Counted from the stretch's first letter, positions 1-10,574 are shown. The stretch is DNA of 38,037 bases from a virus (IMGVR_UViG_3300025267_000047:1-38037); one strand, 5' to 3'. A program made the numbers and translations. The notes: generated by a model from the letters alone, not told the origin.

Positions 1-135
1 ATGTCTATCGATGTTTTTCGACAGCTTAGTGAATTTACTCAAAGTAATAAAAAATATGAGTGGTTTAGTTTGTGGTCCCAACGGTTAGTTGAATCAGTTA
101 AGGAGAAACAAACGGATAATGACGGTCTATTGTAA
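1..135 (+). CDS. C-terminal fragment of a hypothetical protein running in from the window edge
   Basis: Frame 1 is open from base 1 to TAA at 133-135 (...VKEKQTDNDGLL*) and overlaps the next start. Confidence 0.4.
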   Translation: MSIDVFRQLSEFTQSNKKYEWFSLWSQRLVESVKEKQTDNDGLL

Positions 136-547
136 TATACTTGATTGTAAGAATTGGCTTCCATTACAAGACGTAAAGCATATGGATCATAAACCTGGAT
201 TCACGCCTTTTGGGAAGACTGATGAATATCATGGGCAATGTGCGTTTAAAGCTATTAAAATGGAATCTACCACGGCCCATAGTCAACACACTAAGCAAGT
301 TTTAGCTGTCTGTGGTAGTTATAATTCCGATGAACCTACTGAATTTCAGTGTTTGGAAGAGCGTTGTCAGTATTTTGTAGACCCTACAACGTGTTCCAAG
401 CTTAAATATGATGAAAATTTATATGTAGGCTGGACAGTGGTTTTCGATGGTCTAGAGAGGAAGGAGATTCCTCGGTGTAAATCCTTTGCTCATCGTAAAC
501 GAGAAAATGCGTTCAATTGGGGGAATGCAGCTCAAGGAATATTTTAA
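119..547 (+). CDS. Cys-rich hypothetical phage protein
   Basis: ORF 89..547; ATG at 119 preceded by AGGAG (101-105); repeated CxxxxCxxW/F pattern (CNILDCKNW, CLEERCQYF). Confidence 0.65.
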   Translation: MTVYCNILDCKNWLPLQDVKHMDHKPGFTPFGKTDEYHGQCAFKAIKMESTTAHSQHTKQVLAVCGSYNSDEPTEFQCLEERCQYFVDPTTCSKLKYDENLYVGWTVVFDGLERKEIPRCKSFAHRKRENAFNWGNAAQGIF

Positions 548-556
548 AAGATTAAA

Positions 557-586
557 TTTACATAAATACTTTAAATTTGTTATAAT
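557..586 (+). promoter_or_regulatory. sigma70-type promoter upstream of the packaging genes
   Basis: TTTACA (557-562), 18 bp spacer, TGn-TATAAT (581-586) in an AT-rich intergenic gap. Confidence 0.5.
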
Positions 587-599
587 GGAGACAGAATGA

Positions 600-932
600 A
601 TGGCTATGTTTCCCGAATTCCATGAAGATGATTTTTCGGTAATGGTGGATCCCCACACAGGAAGAGTGGCTTTAATATGTCCGGCACCAATAATAACTTT
701 TGATGATAATAAAGAATTTAGAGGGTGGCTTTGCTATCTTTTAGAGTTAGTGCCAAAACTAAATAAAGCTTCTAATCAAGATTCAACAGACACAGAAATT
801 GACAAAAATTATGCAACAGAGGTGATTGACGGATGGCAGAAGGAAATCCTCGAAAACCTAAAAACGTCTCCCAAAAAACGTGGGATCAAAAACTCCAAAA
901 AGACGCACGAGAGCTATACGAGCGAGGAATAG
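600..932 (+). CDS. hypothetical protein
   Basis: 110-aa ORF with GGAG upstream. Confidence 0.6.
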   Translation: MAMFPEFHEDDFSVMVDPHTGRVALICPAPIITFDDNKEFRGWLCYLLELVPKLNKASNQDSTDTEIDKNYATEVIDGWQKEILENLKTSPKKRGIKNSKKTHESYTSEE

Positions 933-1402
933 CTTTATCAGAGATTGAAGAGCGTCTGGGAATTCCTTTTGTTCTATTAAACGATTGGAAGTTTATGGAT
1001 CAATGGGAGGTTTTAGATTCTGCTGTCCTTGATCTTCCTGAAGTTATTCCGACGAATAATGTTGAATTAGTTTCAACAACTAATGATGATATCGTTCTTT
1101 CAACTGTAGCTGCTAATGAGCGATTGTTGTCTGGATATAGGTTAGTCCAGCAAACTTCGCAAGAGGCACTATTAAATGATAATATTAAGTGGAAGGATAA
1201 AAAACAGGCAACTGATGCCTTTATTGATAGTTTAAAGGGTGAAGTTGCTGTTTTAGGAATCGATTTATCTCAACAATTTCTATTAGATATTGCAAAAATA
1301 ATCAAGGAAGAGGTAAAGGATGAGGAAATTCTCCAAAGGCTTGGGGAAAGACTCGTTTCCCTCGGTAGACTTTACAACGCTAGGATCACTACTCAAGTCT
1401 AA
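833..1402 (+). CDS. putative terminase small subunit
   Basis: N-terminal HTH-like segment (ARELYERGIALSEIEERLGIP...WK...W) and helical C-terminus, directly upstream of the large terminase. Confidence 0.65.
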   Translation: MAEGNPRKPKNVSQKTWDQKLQKDARELYERGIALSEIEERLGIPFVLLNDWKFMDQWEVLDSAVLDLPEVIPTNNVELVSTTNDDIVLSTVAANERLLSGYRLVQQTSQEALLNDNIKWKDKKQATDAFIDSLKGEVAVLGIDLSQQFLLDIAKIIKEEVKDEEILQRLGERLVSLGRLYNARITTQV

Positions 1403-3272
1403 ACCTGACGATGTAACTGCCGTAACAGACGATTCTTATTCGCCTGATGATCCTTTTGAGCGTACTCCTGTAGACTTAGAGACATTTCTTTATAGTCCAG
1501 AGTATCTTAACTTGTCTATGAGGCTTTCTGCTCCACAGTTAAAGTTTGTGGAGTCTTTATCTAATATCTTTGCTTCTACCCACTATACGGAAGGAGTGTT
1601 GATGGCAGGACAGGGATCGGGTAAGGATACATGTTCAATTCTTATCGGCCTTCGTATAGTATATCTTCTTCAGTGTCTACGCAGTCCTCAACAGTATTTT
1701 GGCATGGACAAGAACAGTTTTATTGATTCAATAAATGTTGCTCAAAATGCTGACATTGCTCGAAATATTTATTTCAGCACTCTTTCTAATATACTTAGAA
1801 GTGCTCCACTTTTTGACCCTGAAGTTAACTCAGATGCCATCCCCGTTAGAATTACTCAGCAAACGGTTACATTCCCTAAGAATATTCGTTTGATATCTGG
1901 TAACTCAGAGAATGAATCATGGCAGGGATACACCCCCATTTTAATTATTCTTGATGAGATTGATGCTTTTAAAAGTGAACAAGAACTTCAGCGTAGTCAT
2001 TCTCTAAGAAGTGAAGGTGCTGAAGGGGTATATAATACGGCTAAAGCCTTGGTTCAGTCACGTTTTCCAGGATTAGGCAAGATTATTTGCCTGTCTTGGC
2101 CTCGTTTTAAGGGTTCTTTCATCCAACGACGGTTCACAAATGGTAAGATGGAGGATCGAACCTTTGTTTCTTGTCGGGAAGGTGGAGCTCCTTTTGCAAC
2201 ATGGGACTTTAATCCTTCTAAAAAGAAAGAGGATTTTGCGGATTTCTATGCGACCGATCCTGTTTTAGCCAAAGCCCGTTATGAATGTGACCCTCCCTTT
2301 GCCCGTGATGCTTATATTAAGGACCCAATGGTTGTTCTACGGGCATTTGATGCTGAGATAGATGAAGTTGGTCAAATAAATTGGAGTGGGTTAAAAACGA
2401 TTCGGGATGAATCAGGCTTAGAGGCTGGAATAAAATATTTTATTCATGTAGATTTAGGGTTAAGACATGCCAATGCAGCCTTATGTGTCGCACATCAAGG
2501 TATTGAGCATGTTGTTATCGATCTCCTCAAGGTTTGGGAACCTGAACCGGATAAGGATGTAGATTTTGGTGCCATTGAAAACTTTATTATCTCCTTACGC
2601 GATAAGGGTTTTAGAGTAGTTAATGTTACATACGATAATTATCAATCTGTTAGTTCATTACAAACATTAGAACGATATGGAATCTCCGCAAAATATAAAT
2701 CTATTGGTCGCAGTAGCCGTGAAGCTTATGACACATTCAAAGATTTGTTGTATCACGAGAAATTAGATGGTTTCTTCGTTAAAGAGATAGTTGAAGAAGT
2801 TTTAGGTTTAGATGTGGTTTATGGAGATAAAATTGAAGCTAGACCTGGAATGCAAAAAGATAGAGCAGATGCGGTAGTCGGTGCGGTCCATGGTGTTTTG
2901 AAGGATCATGGGGTTGTTACGGGAATGCATCAACTCCCCGGAATTAATTCTTTATTCGAAAATCCTACTAAAAATGAAGATACACAAGATAAATCCCGTA
3001 ATCCATTACAATCTCCTACGAGTGTGGGTTGGGGTCGAGACGCAGTAAAAGAGCGAATTGTTAGCAGTAGCGCGGATATATGCCTTGTGTGTAGCCGTGT
3101 TGGTGGTATAGAATATACAGATGAAATGGGAAATAGAGTGTTTGAGCCTGATCAAGCTTATAAAAAAGTTTGTTTAGTCTGTAGCTCTAAATGGGAGAAT
3201 CACGAAGGGGATTGGACAATGTCTCGACCCCCTGATGAATTTACCATGAATGAAGTGGTAGGAAGGATTTAA
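1320..3272 (+). CDS. terL: terminase large subunit
   Basis: Walker A AGQGSGKD, Walker B LIILDEID, RNase H-like nuclease FIHVDLG...YDNYQS...DRADA; extra C-terminal CxxC...CxxC. Confidence 0.92.
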   Translation: MRKFSKGLGKDSFPSVDFTTLGSLLKSKPDDVTAVTDDSYSPDDPFERTPVDLETFLYSPEYLNLSMRLSAPQLKFVESLSNIFASTHYTEGVLMAGQGSGKDTCSILIGLRIVYLLQCLRSPQQYFGMDKNSFIDSINVAQNADIARNIYFSTLSNILRSAPLFDPEVNSDAIPVRITQQTVTFPKNIRLISGNSENESWQGYTPILIILDEIDAFKSEQELQRSHSLRSEGAEGVYNTAKALVQSRFPGLGKIICLSWPRFKGSFIQRRFTNGKMEDRTFVSCREGGAPFATWDFNPSKKKEDFADFYATDPVLAKARYECDPPFARDAYIKDPMVVLRAFDAEIDEVGQINWSGLKTIRDESGLEAGIKYFIHVDLGLRHANAALCVAHQGIEHVVIDLLKVWEPEPDKDVDFGAIENFIISLRDKGFRVVNVTYDNYQSVSSLQTLERYGISAKYKSIGRSSREAYDTFKDLLYHEKLDGFFVKEIVEEVLGLDVVYGDKIEARPGMQKDRADAVVGAVHGVLKDHGVVTGMHQLPGINSLFENPTKNEDTQDKSRNPLQSPTSVGWGRDAVKERIVSSSADICLVCSRVGGIEYTDEMGNRVFEPDQAYKKVCLVCSSKWENHEGDWTMSRPPDEFTMNEVVGRI

Positions 3273-5251
3273 TGGGGTTAATTGATTCGTTAGCGAATGC
3301 ATTTGGTGGCCCAACCATTGTTGGTATGGGTGGTGGGGACGCTTCATCATCGCGTGTTTCCTTATCGGCTGATGGCCCTTCTTCTGACACTCTTGCTAAT
3401 TATCAAAAAGTTAATGGATTAGTTGGTACTTTAGATTCTTTAGTTAAAGCCGCTGAAACATCACAGGGTCAGGGATCTTCAGGTCGAATGGCCCCTCTTG
3501 GATTGGATGCAATCATCCAAGACTGGGTCCGACAACAATTTATTTATCGTCGTAGTATCTTACAAGATTTATATGTTCTTGCTTATCAAGTTACTGAAAT
3601 TCGATCTGTCGTGTTGGCAATCTTACGAGAAGTGTTTAGAAAAGGATTTGCCCCTTGGCATCAAAAATTCATCCGTAAATGTATTCAGTGTGGTAAAGAA
3701 TTTGATGATGATGAAGATGAACATTGTGATGAATGTTTTGTATATGAAATCGTAGAACAAGAACTTTACGATGAAGAATATGATGAAATAATCCTTAAGA
3801 AAGTTAGGAAGTATAAGAGAGACAAGAATAATAATAAAATTCCTGTCCATACATATATTCCTGATTTTTCCCAGCAGAACGATTTTGAGGAATTACGTGG
3901 TAATGCCAATAGTTTCCATCAAACGTTGTTAGATGTTCTTCATGAATTTATGACAGACGTTTTAATTGCAGATGATGGATTCCTTCTCTTTAATAAAGAA
4001 TATGAAATTGATTCTCAAACTGGAAATATCTCAAAGCAAAAAATCTTTGAAGTTACAAGATTACATCCAGCATTAACCGAATACGATATTGACCGTAAAG
4101 ACGGATTGCCGGAAAGATCTCATTTCCTTTGCCCGGTTCATCGAGAACAACAAACCCATACAACTCCTGGTCGATGTGATGTAATAGTTCCTGAAGGTTT
4201 CAGGTGTAATGCTAAATTAATACCTGCAATGTTCAGATACTATTGGCGTGGACGATATCGTTATTATTTAGCGGATGAAATCTGTCACGCTTCTTTCTTT
4301 AATCCATCGAAAACCTATGGCTATTCCCCTGTTCTTACTGTGTTTGAGAAAGTCTTAGCACTTGTGGGTGCTGACAGGACTCTCTATAGATACTGGTATG
4401 AACGGCGAATTCCACCGGGGTTAATAATCACTTATACGGACGATCCTGAATCCTTGGAACAGGAAATTGAACGTGTAAAGACCCAAATGCTGAATGATCC
4501 AAACACATTTCCGTGGGTGGCTGCTTCAGCTCGTAACAATAGAGGTAAGACTGACTTTGTTAAGTTAGCCTATACCTTCCAAGAGTTAGATTATCTACCT
4601 GTTAGGCAGGAGATTCGTGACCGTGTAGCTATGCTATGGGGCGTGACTCCCCTGTTTACAGGTGATGCGTCTAGTGTTGGTGGTCTTACGAGAGAGACTG
4701 CTCAGACTGCCATGCATGACAACTTAATTGAATCCTATCAAAATGTTATCAATCATCAAGTACTTCCATTTATGCTAAAACAGATGAATGTTAGTGATTG
4801 GGAAATAGACATGATACCTCCGCAGGAGAAAACTGAGGAGATTGAGTTAAGTGTTGAAAAGTTGCGGATTGAGAACGCTGTTCAAATGTTGCAACTTGGA
4901 TATGAACCAATCAAAGAGAAGGGTAAAGAGATTAGGTTTAAGTTCAAGAAAGCTGAACAACAACCTGGAATGATGCCTGGAGCACCTGGGCAACCACCCA
5001 CCCCTGGTATGCCTGGTACTCCTCCCGACGGTGGGATGCCCCCACCTCCCGGTGGGGCACCTCCAGCCCCAGCAGGTGGTGGGGGTGGCCTGCCAGCCGA
5101 AGTGGATCAGTTACCCCCACCTCCGCCCATTGAAGGACCGGAGGTTACTGAAGGGGGCGATGCTCCTACTGAAGAGGAAGAAGAAGTTAATCCTAACCTC
5201 ATCGAAGATGAATTGGATGAAGAAGAAGCTGATGAAAGTGGAGACGTGTAA
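3272..5251 (+). CDS. portal protein
   Basis: Follows terL with overlapping stop/start; portal-like motifs (YGYSPV, IPPGLI, IRDRVAMLWGVTP); Cys-rich inserts; Pro/Gly and acidic tail. Confidence 0.82.
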   Translation: MGLIDSLANAFGGPTIVGMGGGDASSSRVSLSADGPSSDTLANYQKVNGLVGTLDSLVKAAETSQGQGSSGRMAPLGLDAIIQDWVRQQFIYRRSILQDLYVLAYQVTEIRSVVLAILREVFRKGFAPWHQKFIRKCIQCGKEFDDDEDEHCDECFVYEIVEQELYDEEYDEIILKKVRKYKRDKNNNKIPVHTYIPDFSQQNDFEELRGNANSFHQTLLDVLHEFMTDVLIADDGFLLFNKEYEIDSQTGNISKQKIFEVTRLHPALTEYDIDRKDGLPERSHFLCPVHREQQTHTTPGRCDVIVPEGFRCNAKLIPAMFRYYWRGRYRYYLADEICHASFFNPSKTYGYSPVLTVFEKVLALVGADRTLYRYWYERRIPPGLIITYTDDPESLEQEIERVKTQMLNDPNTFPWVAASARNNRGKTDFVKLAYTFQELDYLPVRQEIRDRVAMLWGVTPLFTGDASSVGGLTRETAQTAMHDNLIESYQNVINHQVLPFMLKQMNVSDWEIDMIPPQEKTEEIELSVEKLRIENAVQMLQLGYEPIKEKGKEIRFKFKKAEQQPGMMPGAPGQPPTPGMPGTPPDGGMPPPPGGAPPAPAGGGGGLPAEVDQLPPPPPIEGPEVTEGGDAPTEEEEEVNPNLIEDELDEEEADESGDV

Positions 5252-8070
5252 TGGTTGCACCTCTTGAACGTGGCTATGATGCCAACGGCAAAACTCAAGC
5301 TGAAAAACTTGTTGAGGGATTAGACGCTCTTTTTAAACAGGAAGAGCGTCTTGAACTCATTTATAGTTTGGATGACATTATCACAGCTTCTTCTACTTCT
5401 TTCTATTTTAAAGATGTTTCACATAGAACTCTTTCTCGATATAACGAAAATGGATCACTTTCATCTGACTACCTATCAATGCAAATCCCTGGCACGGAAC
5501 CCGTTGGAGGTAGTCCTTGGGGAAAGTGGGATGCTCCAAGTGCAGGCGAAGAGTCTATGGTGGCAGCTCAAGAGCAAGCTGAGTGGCCTAATTATGGTTT
5601 CGGTGAGTCCGAAGCCAATCAAATGTTTGAGGATTTATTCCCATCTGATACTCAGAATAGTTCTTCTTCTCAAGAGGCTGGTCAAGCTGTTATTGATGCG
5701 TCTCTTGGGTCTGGGTATGAAACTCAAGACCCTAGTAGCGGAACACCTGGATTTCCTAAAGATGGGATGCGAATCAACGGTAAAAATGGAGATTTTATTG
5801 TCTCCTTAGCTGAGTTTAAAAACCCATCTGGTGGTTTCAATGTTCGTAGAGCTGATTCAAATACACCATTAAATTCACAGCCAATCAAACGTTTTAATAA
5901 TGCTTATGCAGCTGTTCGAAAAGCCCACGGTCCTGGAAAACTTGATGCTAAATTTGGGAATAAGAATAAATACTCTGTTAGCCGTCAAGAACGTCGTAAC
6001 CTTCTTAAAGGTGCAGATAAAGCTCTTAAGTCAAGAGAAAAAGCCGTTAAAAAGGGTGCCCAGCAACGTGCGCGACAAAAATGGATCAATGATAAGAAAG
6101 ATTTCATCAATGAAATTCCTAATAATGCAAAGGATGCAGCGGGTAGAGGTTTAAAACGATTAGGTGAAGCTGCGGCTGATTTTGGTACTGATGTTAAAGC
6201 ATATGCAGAGATAATTGCCTTCCCAGCCATGAAGGAGAAGGCCAAAGAATTAGGTCAAAAAGTTTTGGATGGCATGGATGTCCTTGCCAACTATCAAAAT
6301 GAATTTTCTGCCAAGGTCCAAAAAGAATGGCCTAAAGTACGTGCCCAGATTGAGCGTGGTGTTGAATTTGCTAAACCTCATTTACAGAATATAGCCCTAG
6401 ATCTTGCGAATCAGGCTGAAATGCTTGTTCAAAATGGTGTTGCTGGGTATGAGGCGGCAAAACAGTGGGCAAAAGAAAAGTATCCAATAGTTCAAGGTTT
6501 AATTGAACAAGCCAAAATTAAAGGTACTCCGGCATTTAATGCTGCTAAGGGTAAATTGGATGCTATCACCTCTAAGGTTCTTATTGGTGCTGGTAAGGCA
6601 TATGAGGCTGGTCGTAGTGTGCAAAATGCTACGATGGGTTTCATGGATCGGGTTAAGGGTGAATTCAATGAGGGTCGTCGTCAAGCAATTGAGGCACGAT
6701 TTGGGAAACAGCCTCGTGGTGAGTTTTATGAGCAAAGGGGTGCTCAAGCTTACTGGGAGAAACGTGGAGACTTAGCCACCGAAATGGCTCAAGCTAAGAA
6801 TGCTTATGAGAAGGGTGCCGATAAGATCGGTCGTACAGAGTATTCCGATAAAAAAGTTATGGGTACTGATGGCAAGATGAGGATTGCTACAGATGCTGAT
6901 GGCAATCTTATGTCGGGTGAGAATCAACGTAGGGCTGCTTTGGATGCATTAGGAAAAGAGTATATGAAAGCGTCTGCGTCAGTTGAACAGGGTGCTCTTG
7001 AAATTGGGAGTAGCCTAGAAGCAGTTAAAGATCATGTTCAAAAGATTTCAGACCCGCGAAATACTACGTCACTTCCACCTGCTGCTGGTTGGCCTTCGGC
7101 TTATGGAGGAAACAATAAGGTTCGACAACTTCAAAAAAATTTAAAGATTGCAGGTCTACAACCTTATAAAGGTACAATCAGAGCATTTCCAGATATCGTA
7201 GAACATGAACTTGAACGTGGGGAAGAGGAACAGCCAGCCTTAAGTCCGGGGCAGGATGGTGGCGACCAACCAGCCTTAGGTTCAGGTCAAGATGGTGGTG
7301 GTCAACCAGAGTTAGGCCCAGGACAGGGTGGTGAACAACCAGCCTTACCTCCGGGTCAAGATCAACCAGCTTTAGGCCCAGGACAAGCTGCTATTCCTGG
7401 TGTCGGACTTCCAGGGGTTGGACTTCCCGGTGGGGGTGGCGGTGGTGGAGGAGATACTTCGGATAGAGAGTATTTAAAGCCGGGTGAGCAGGGACCTCCT
7501 GGTGTGAAAGTACATCAAGGTGAATCTCGTGGTGAAGATGGTAAACAGTCAAGATATTATCTTCGCAGTGAAGCCAAACAAAATAGAGCTCAGGGACAAC
7601 AAAATAGTGCTCAAGCTGGCCCTGAATCTGGTGGAAAAGGGGATCTCTTAAATCCCCAAGGCCAGACAGTGGGGCAAGTAGATGCTGTTGTTAAGCAGCG
7701 GTCAAACGAATATGCCAATGGAGGGCCAGAAATGGCTAACAACAATGGAATGGCTGAAGAGCAGCCTCAAGATGATTACAAAGCTATGATTGCACGGGCG
7801 GTTGAAGCAGCCAAACAAGAGCAAGAAGAGTCTAAAGTCCGTATGGCTAAGGCTGGAGCACGAAGGGCTGTAGCTAAAGCAGGTGAAGCTGAGGCTAAAG
7901 CTGAAGAGGCTGAGAAGGAAGCTGAATCTAATATAGCAGGTATCTTGAGTAAGCTCGACTCAGGTATTGCTACGTTAACTGCTCATTCAGATCCGAAAGT
8001 TTCGAAGATTTTATCTAAATTATCAAATGATATTGATAATTTGGGTAAAAAGAAAACAACTAAAAAGTAA
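5251..8070 (+). CDS. large low-complexity hypothetical protein, putative virion/head-associated
   Basis: 939 aa, coupled to the portal; amphipathic helical middle region, PGQ repeats, no catalytic motif recognised. Confidence 0.7.
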   Translation: MVAPLERGYDANGKTQAEKLVEGLDALFKQEERLELIYSLDDIITASSTSFYFKDVSHRTLSRYNENGSLSSDYLSMQIPGTEPVGGSPWGKWDAPSAGEESMVAAQEQAEWPNYGFGESEANQMFEDLFPSDTQNSSSSQEAGQAVIDASLGSGYETQDPSSGTPGFPKDGMRINGKNGDFIVSLAEFKNPSGGFNVRRADSNTPLNSQPIKRFNNAYAAVRKAHGPGKLDAKFGNKNKYSVSRQERRNLLKGADKALKSREKAVKKGAQQRARQKWINDKKDFINEIPNNAKDAAGRGLKRLGEAAADFGTDVKAYAEIIAFPAMKEKAKELGQKVLDGMDVLANYQNEFSAKVQKEWPKVRAQIERGVEFAKPHLQNIALDLANQAEMLVQNGVAGYEAAKQWAKEKYPIVQGLIEQAKIKGTPAFNAAKGKLDAITSKVLIGAGKAYEAGRSVQNATMGFMDRVKGEFNEGRRQAIEARFGKQPRGEFYEQRGAQAYWEKRGDLATEMAQAKNAYEKGADKIGRTEYSDKKVMGTDGKMRIATDADGNLMSGENQRRAALDALGKEYMKASASVEQGALEIGSSLEAVKDHVQKISDPRNTTSLPPAAGWPSAYGGNNKVRQLQKNLKIAGLQPYKGTIRAFPDIVEHELERGEEEQPALSPGQDGGDQPALGSGQDGGGQPELGPGQGGEQPALPPGQDQPALGPGQAAIPGVGLPGVGLPGGGGGGGGDTSDREYLKPGEQGPPGVKVHQGESRGEDGKQSRYYLRSEAKQNRAQGQQNSAQAGPESGGKGDLLNPQGQTVGQVDAVVKQRSNEYANGGPEMANNNGMAEEQPQDDYKAMIARAVEAAKQEQEESKVRMAKAGARRAVAKAGEAEAKAEEAEKEAESNIAGILSKLDSGIATLTAHSDPKVSKILSKLSNDIDNLGKKKTTKK
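7231..7386 (+). repeat. intragenic tandem repeat, five units of QP(A/E)L(S/G/P)(P/S)GQ
   Basis: QPALSPGQ, QPALGSGQ, QPELGPGQ, QPALPPGQ, QPALGPGQ; DNA units of the form caaccagccttag... Confidence 0.85.
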
Positions 8071-8085
8071 CCTATTGGTGAGACT

Positions 8086-10545
8086 ATGACCACTTCGTCT
8101 ATTCTACAAAAGTTAGATATTCTTGAGTATCAAGAAGAACTTACTGACGTTACTTCTTTAGCGGAAGGATTAGTTCAACTACAGCATCGTCGGTATCCAC
8201 ATTTGGTGCCGATGTATCGAACAGTGCATCGCACTGTTCCCCGTAAGATGACTTTTCGTGCTATTCGTTGGGTAAATCCTAAACGCATGTTCCCTGGAGC
8301 AGGTCTTTCAGAACAAGAAATGAGAGATATGACTCCTGAAGAACGTGAAAAACTTATTGTAGACCTCAACACGTATCGTGAAGAGGCATTTGTCATTCAC
8401 AACCGCTACAATCAGATGATTTGGATGATTGAGCGCGGTCAAAAGCCTTATTTTATTCCTTACGCTAATATTCCTGAAGATCGTTGGATGACGATGCAGG
8501 ATTATATGGACAGGGCCGAGCGTCTGAAAGACGGAACAAAGACATGGGAACATGCTTTGGATGTGCAGGCCGATACTTTACGTCGAGTTCTTCGTGAGGA
8601 AGATAGTAAGAAATTAGATGATATTGAAGGTCTATGGATTGGGCCAGATGGGGAAGCACGGGCACCCTTGTTCATGGATATCAAGCAAAAACGTGGACAA
8701 GTTCCGATGCGGAAGGAACGGACTGTTAAAGGTCCGGATGGAAATGTTCGTCTAAAGGTTGTACCGAAAGCATTCCCACGACTCTTTCTCGCCGTGCATC
8801 CAGATGAAGTTCGAGAAGGCGAGAAGAACAGACTTCCCCCAGAAGGACAATGGTTAGATGCTGGAAGAGTTCATGACTCTCAAAGAGATTTAGCGGCGCA
8901 GGTTGGTGATGCTGGTTTCCATTTATTGCGTCTTCCAAAGGCTCCATTTCGTTTAGGAACTGCTGTCCGAGATCATTTGCGACAGAATGGGCAATTTATC
9001 TCGGCTCCTGCTGGACGAGGAGAACATCCTGTACAGTTATTCTTTGATAATGTGCCTGAGAATGCGGTAAAGAATCGTCGTTGGCAACGTGTGTCTCAGC
9101 CGGAACGTGGTGGTCGTCATGCTACTGGTGCTCCGTTCTCTGGGCCTGAGGGCAGACATCAGCGTCCTGAATCACTCAGTTCTAATCGTGTGTCACAGGC
9201 TGAACGTGATGCAGAGGAAGATAGGAGAGCTGCGAGTGCTGCTAGACGACTAAGAGCAGTACCTCAAAATAGAGCAGAGAGACTAGCCCAAGAACGTATT
9301 GAACAACAACGACAGAACCGCCTACGGCAAAGGCAGCAGGAACCTGATCCGCAAGCACAAGAAGAACGTGAGCGTGACATAGCGGAAAACTTACAACCGG
9401 GTGAGCGACCTCCAAGGCCGGGGGAAAATGTTGCTGAAGCACGAGCTCGTAGAGCCGAGCGAGAGCAACAGAAGGTTGCAGAGAATGCGGTCCGACAACA
9501 ACGACAAGCAGCGAGACGGGAAGAACAACGTCGAGAGGCTCAACGAGTTTATGACGCAATGGCTCAACGGGATGGAATGCCTCGGTCTGATCAACTTGCA
9601 GCGAGTGAGGAAATAGCTAAAGCCCGTGCTGATTTATTAACTGAGGTTGGGGCGGAAGAATATCGTTTTAGCAAACCCAGTAAAGATCCGTTGCGTAAGC
9701 GGAATCCTGGGGAAGATATTTTTGAAAGTGCCAAATTTACGGGTCAAGGTGGTATACGGGGAGAGAAAAACTTTACCGTTATGATGGACGGTAAAAAATG
9801 GATTTATAAAGTTCAGTCAGGTGACAGTCGAGGTGAGGCTTTTGCTTTTGCGTTAGACCGTGCAATGGGATTAAATGTAATGCCTGCGGTTCATATGAAA
9901 TATTTTGGTATGAAAGCCTTACAAAAAGGTTTTGAAAATGCTGGAATAGATTTAGCTGGGAAGGATAAGAGTGCCATCGAACAGGGAGAACAGGGTGGTG
10001 GGCATCTAATGGAATTTTGTGATGATTGTTCGATGCCCGGATCAGCAGAGGGTGATGCGACTCTAAAGAAGATGATGGGTACAGAAGAGGGTCGAGCATC
10101 CTTTATGGGATTAACTATGCTTGATTTTATGACTGGAAACCACGACAGGCATGGTGCTAACTGGTTAGTGCATAAAGATGGTTCAATTGTAGCTATTGAT
10201 AATGCCTTAGATAATATCAGTAGAGATCACAAGACGATGGGAACATTTCGTGCTGGAAGCCGTGGTGGTATTGGTGGAGTCCGGCACGGGCAAGATTGGA
10301 GTGATGTAGGAGCTCGGGCTGGATTGACACGAGATCAGGTTAAAGGTGAAGTTGGTGTCTTTTTTGATAAAGCGTTTGCTAATCCCGCATTGATTGAAAA
10401 AGCTGCCAAAGGCGTTAATGCCACTTTTGGGGATCAAATGACTGGTTTAGCGGCTGATCCTCAAAAGTTGACAGCAATGCGAGATAAATTTGTTGAGCAT
10501 TGCTTAGACAATATGAATACAATCTTAGGAAATCTTGGAATTTAA
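8086..10545 (+). CDS. multidomain protein with C-terminal HipA/PI3-4-kinase-like domain
   Basis: WIYK, GEAFAFALDRAMGLNVMP, LMEF, LDFMTGNHDRHGANWLV, IVAIDNAL match the atypical kinase fold; long R/Q/E-rich linker precedes it. Confidence 0.8.
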   Translation: MTTSSILQKLDILEYQEELTDVTSLAEGLVQLQHRRYPHLVPMYRTVHRTVPRKMTFRAIRWVNPKRMFPGAGLSEQEMRDMTPEEREKLIVDLNTYREEAFVIHNRYNQMIWMIERGQKPYFIPYANIPEDRWMTMQDYMDRAERLKDGTKTWEHALDVQADTLRRVLREEDSKKLDDIEGLWIGPDGEARAPLFMDIKQKRGQVPMRKERTVKGPDGNVRLKVVPKAFPRLFLAVHPDEVREGEKNRLPPEGQWLDAGRVHDSQRDLAAQVGDAGFHLLRLPKAPFRLGTAVRDHLRQNGQFISAPAGRGEHPVQLFFDNVPENAVKNRRWQRVSQPERGGRHATGAPFSGPEGRHQRPESLSSNRVSQAERDAEEDRRAASAARRLRAVPQNRAERLAQERIEQQRQNRLRQRQQEPDPQAQEERERDIAENLQPGERPPRPGENVAEARARRAEREQQKVAENAVRQQRQAARREEQRREAQRVYDAMAQRDGMPRSDQLAASEEIAKARADLLTEVGAEEYRFSKPSKDPLRKRNPGEDIFESAKFTGQGGIRGEKNFTVMMDGKKWIYKVQSGDSRGEAFAFALDRAMGLNVMPAVHMKYFGMKALQKGFENAGIDLAGKDKSAIEQGEQGGGHLMEFCDDCSMPGSAEGDATLKKMMGTEEGRASFMGLTMLDFMTGNHDRHGANWLVHKDGSIVAIDNALDNISRDHKTMGTFRAGSRGGIGGVRHGQDWSDVGARAGLTRDQVKGEVGVFFDKAFANPALIEKAAKGVNATFGDQMTGLAADPQKLTAMRDKFVEHCLDNMNTILGNLGI

Positions 10546-10574
10546 TTGACTCACAGAGTAATCAATGCTATACT
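10546..10574 (+). promoter_or_regulatory. strong sigma70-type promoter
   Basis: TTGACT (10546-10551), 17 bp spacer, TGn-TATACT (10569-10574); AGGAG RBS before ATG 10603. Confidence 0.8.

Noticed and set aside
3650-3870. Intein or intron in portal or terminase
   Set aside because: No intein splice motifs or homing endonuclease; reading frames are continuous
5251-8070. Tape measure or collagen-like fibre
   Set aside because: Position beside the portal, no tail genes nearby, and the repeats are not Gly-X-Y
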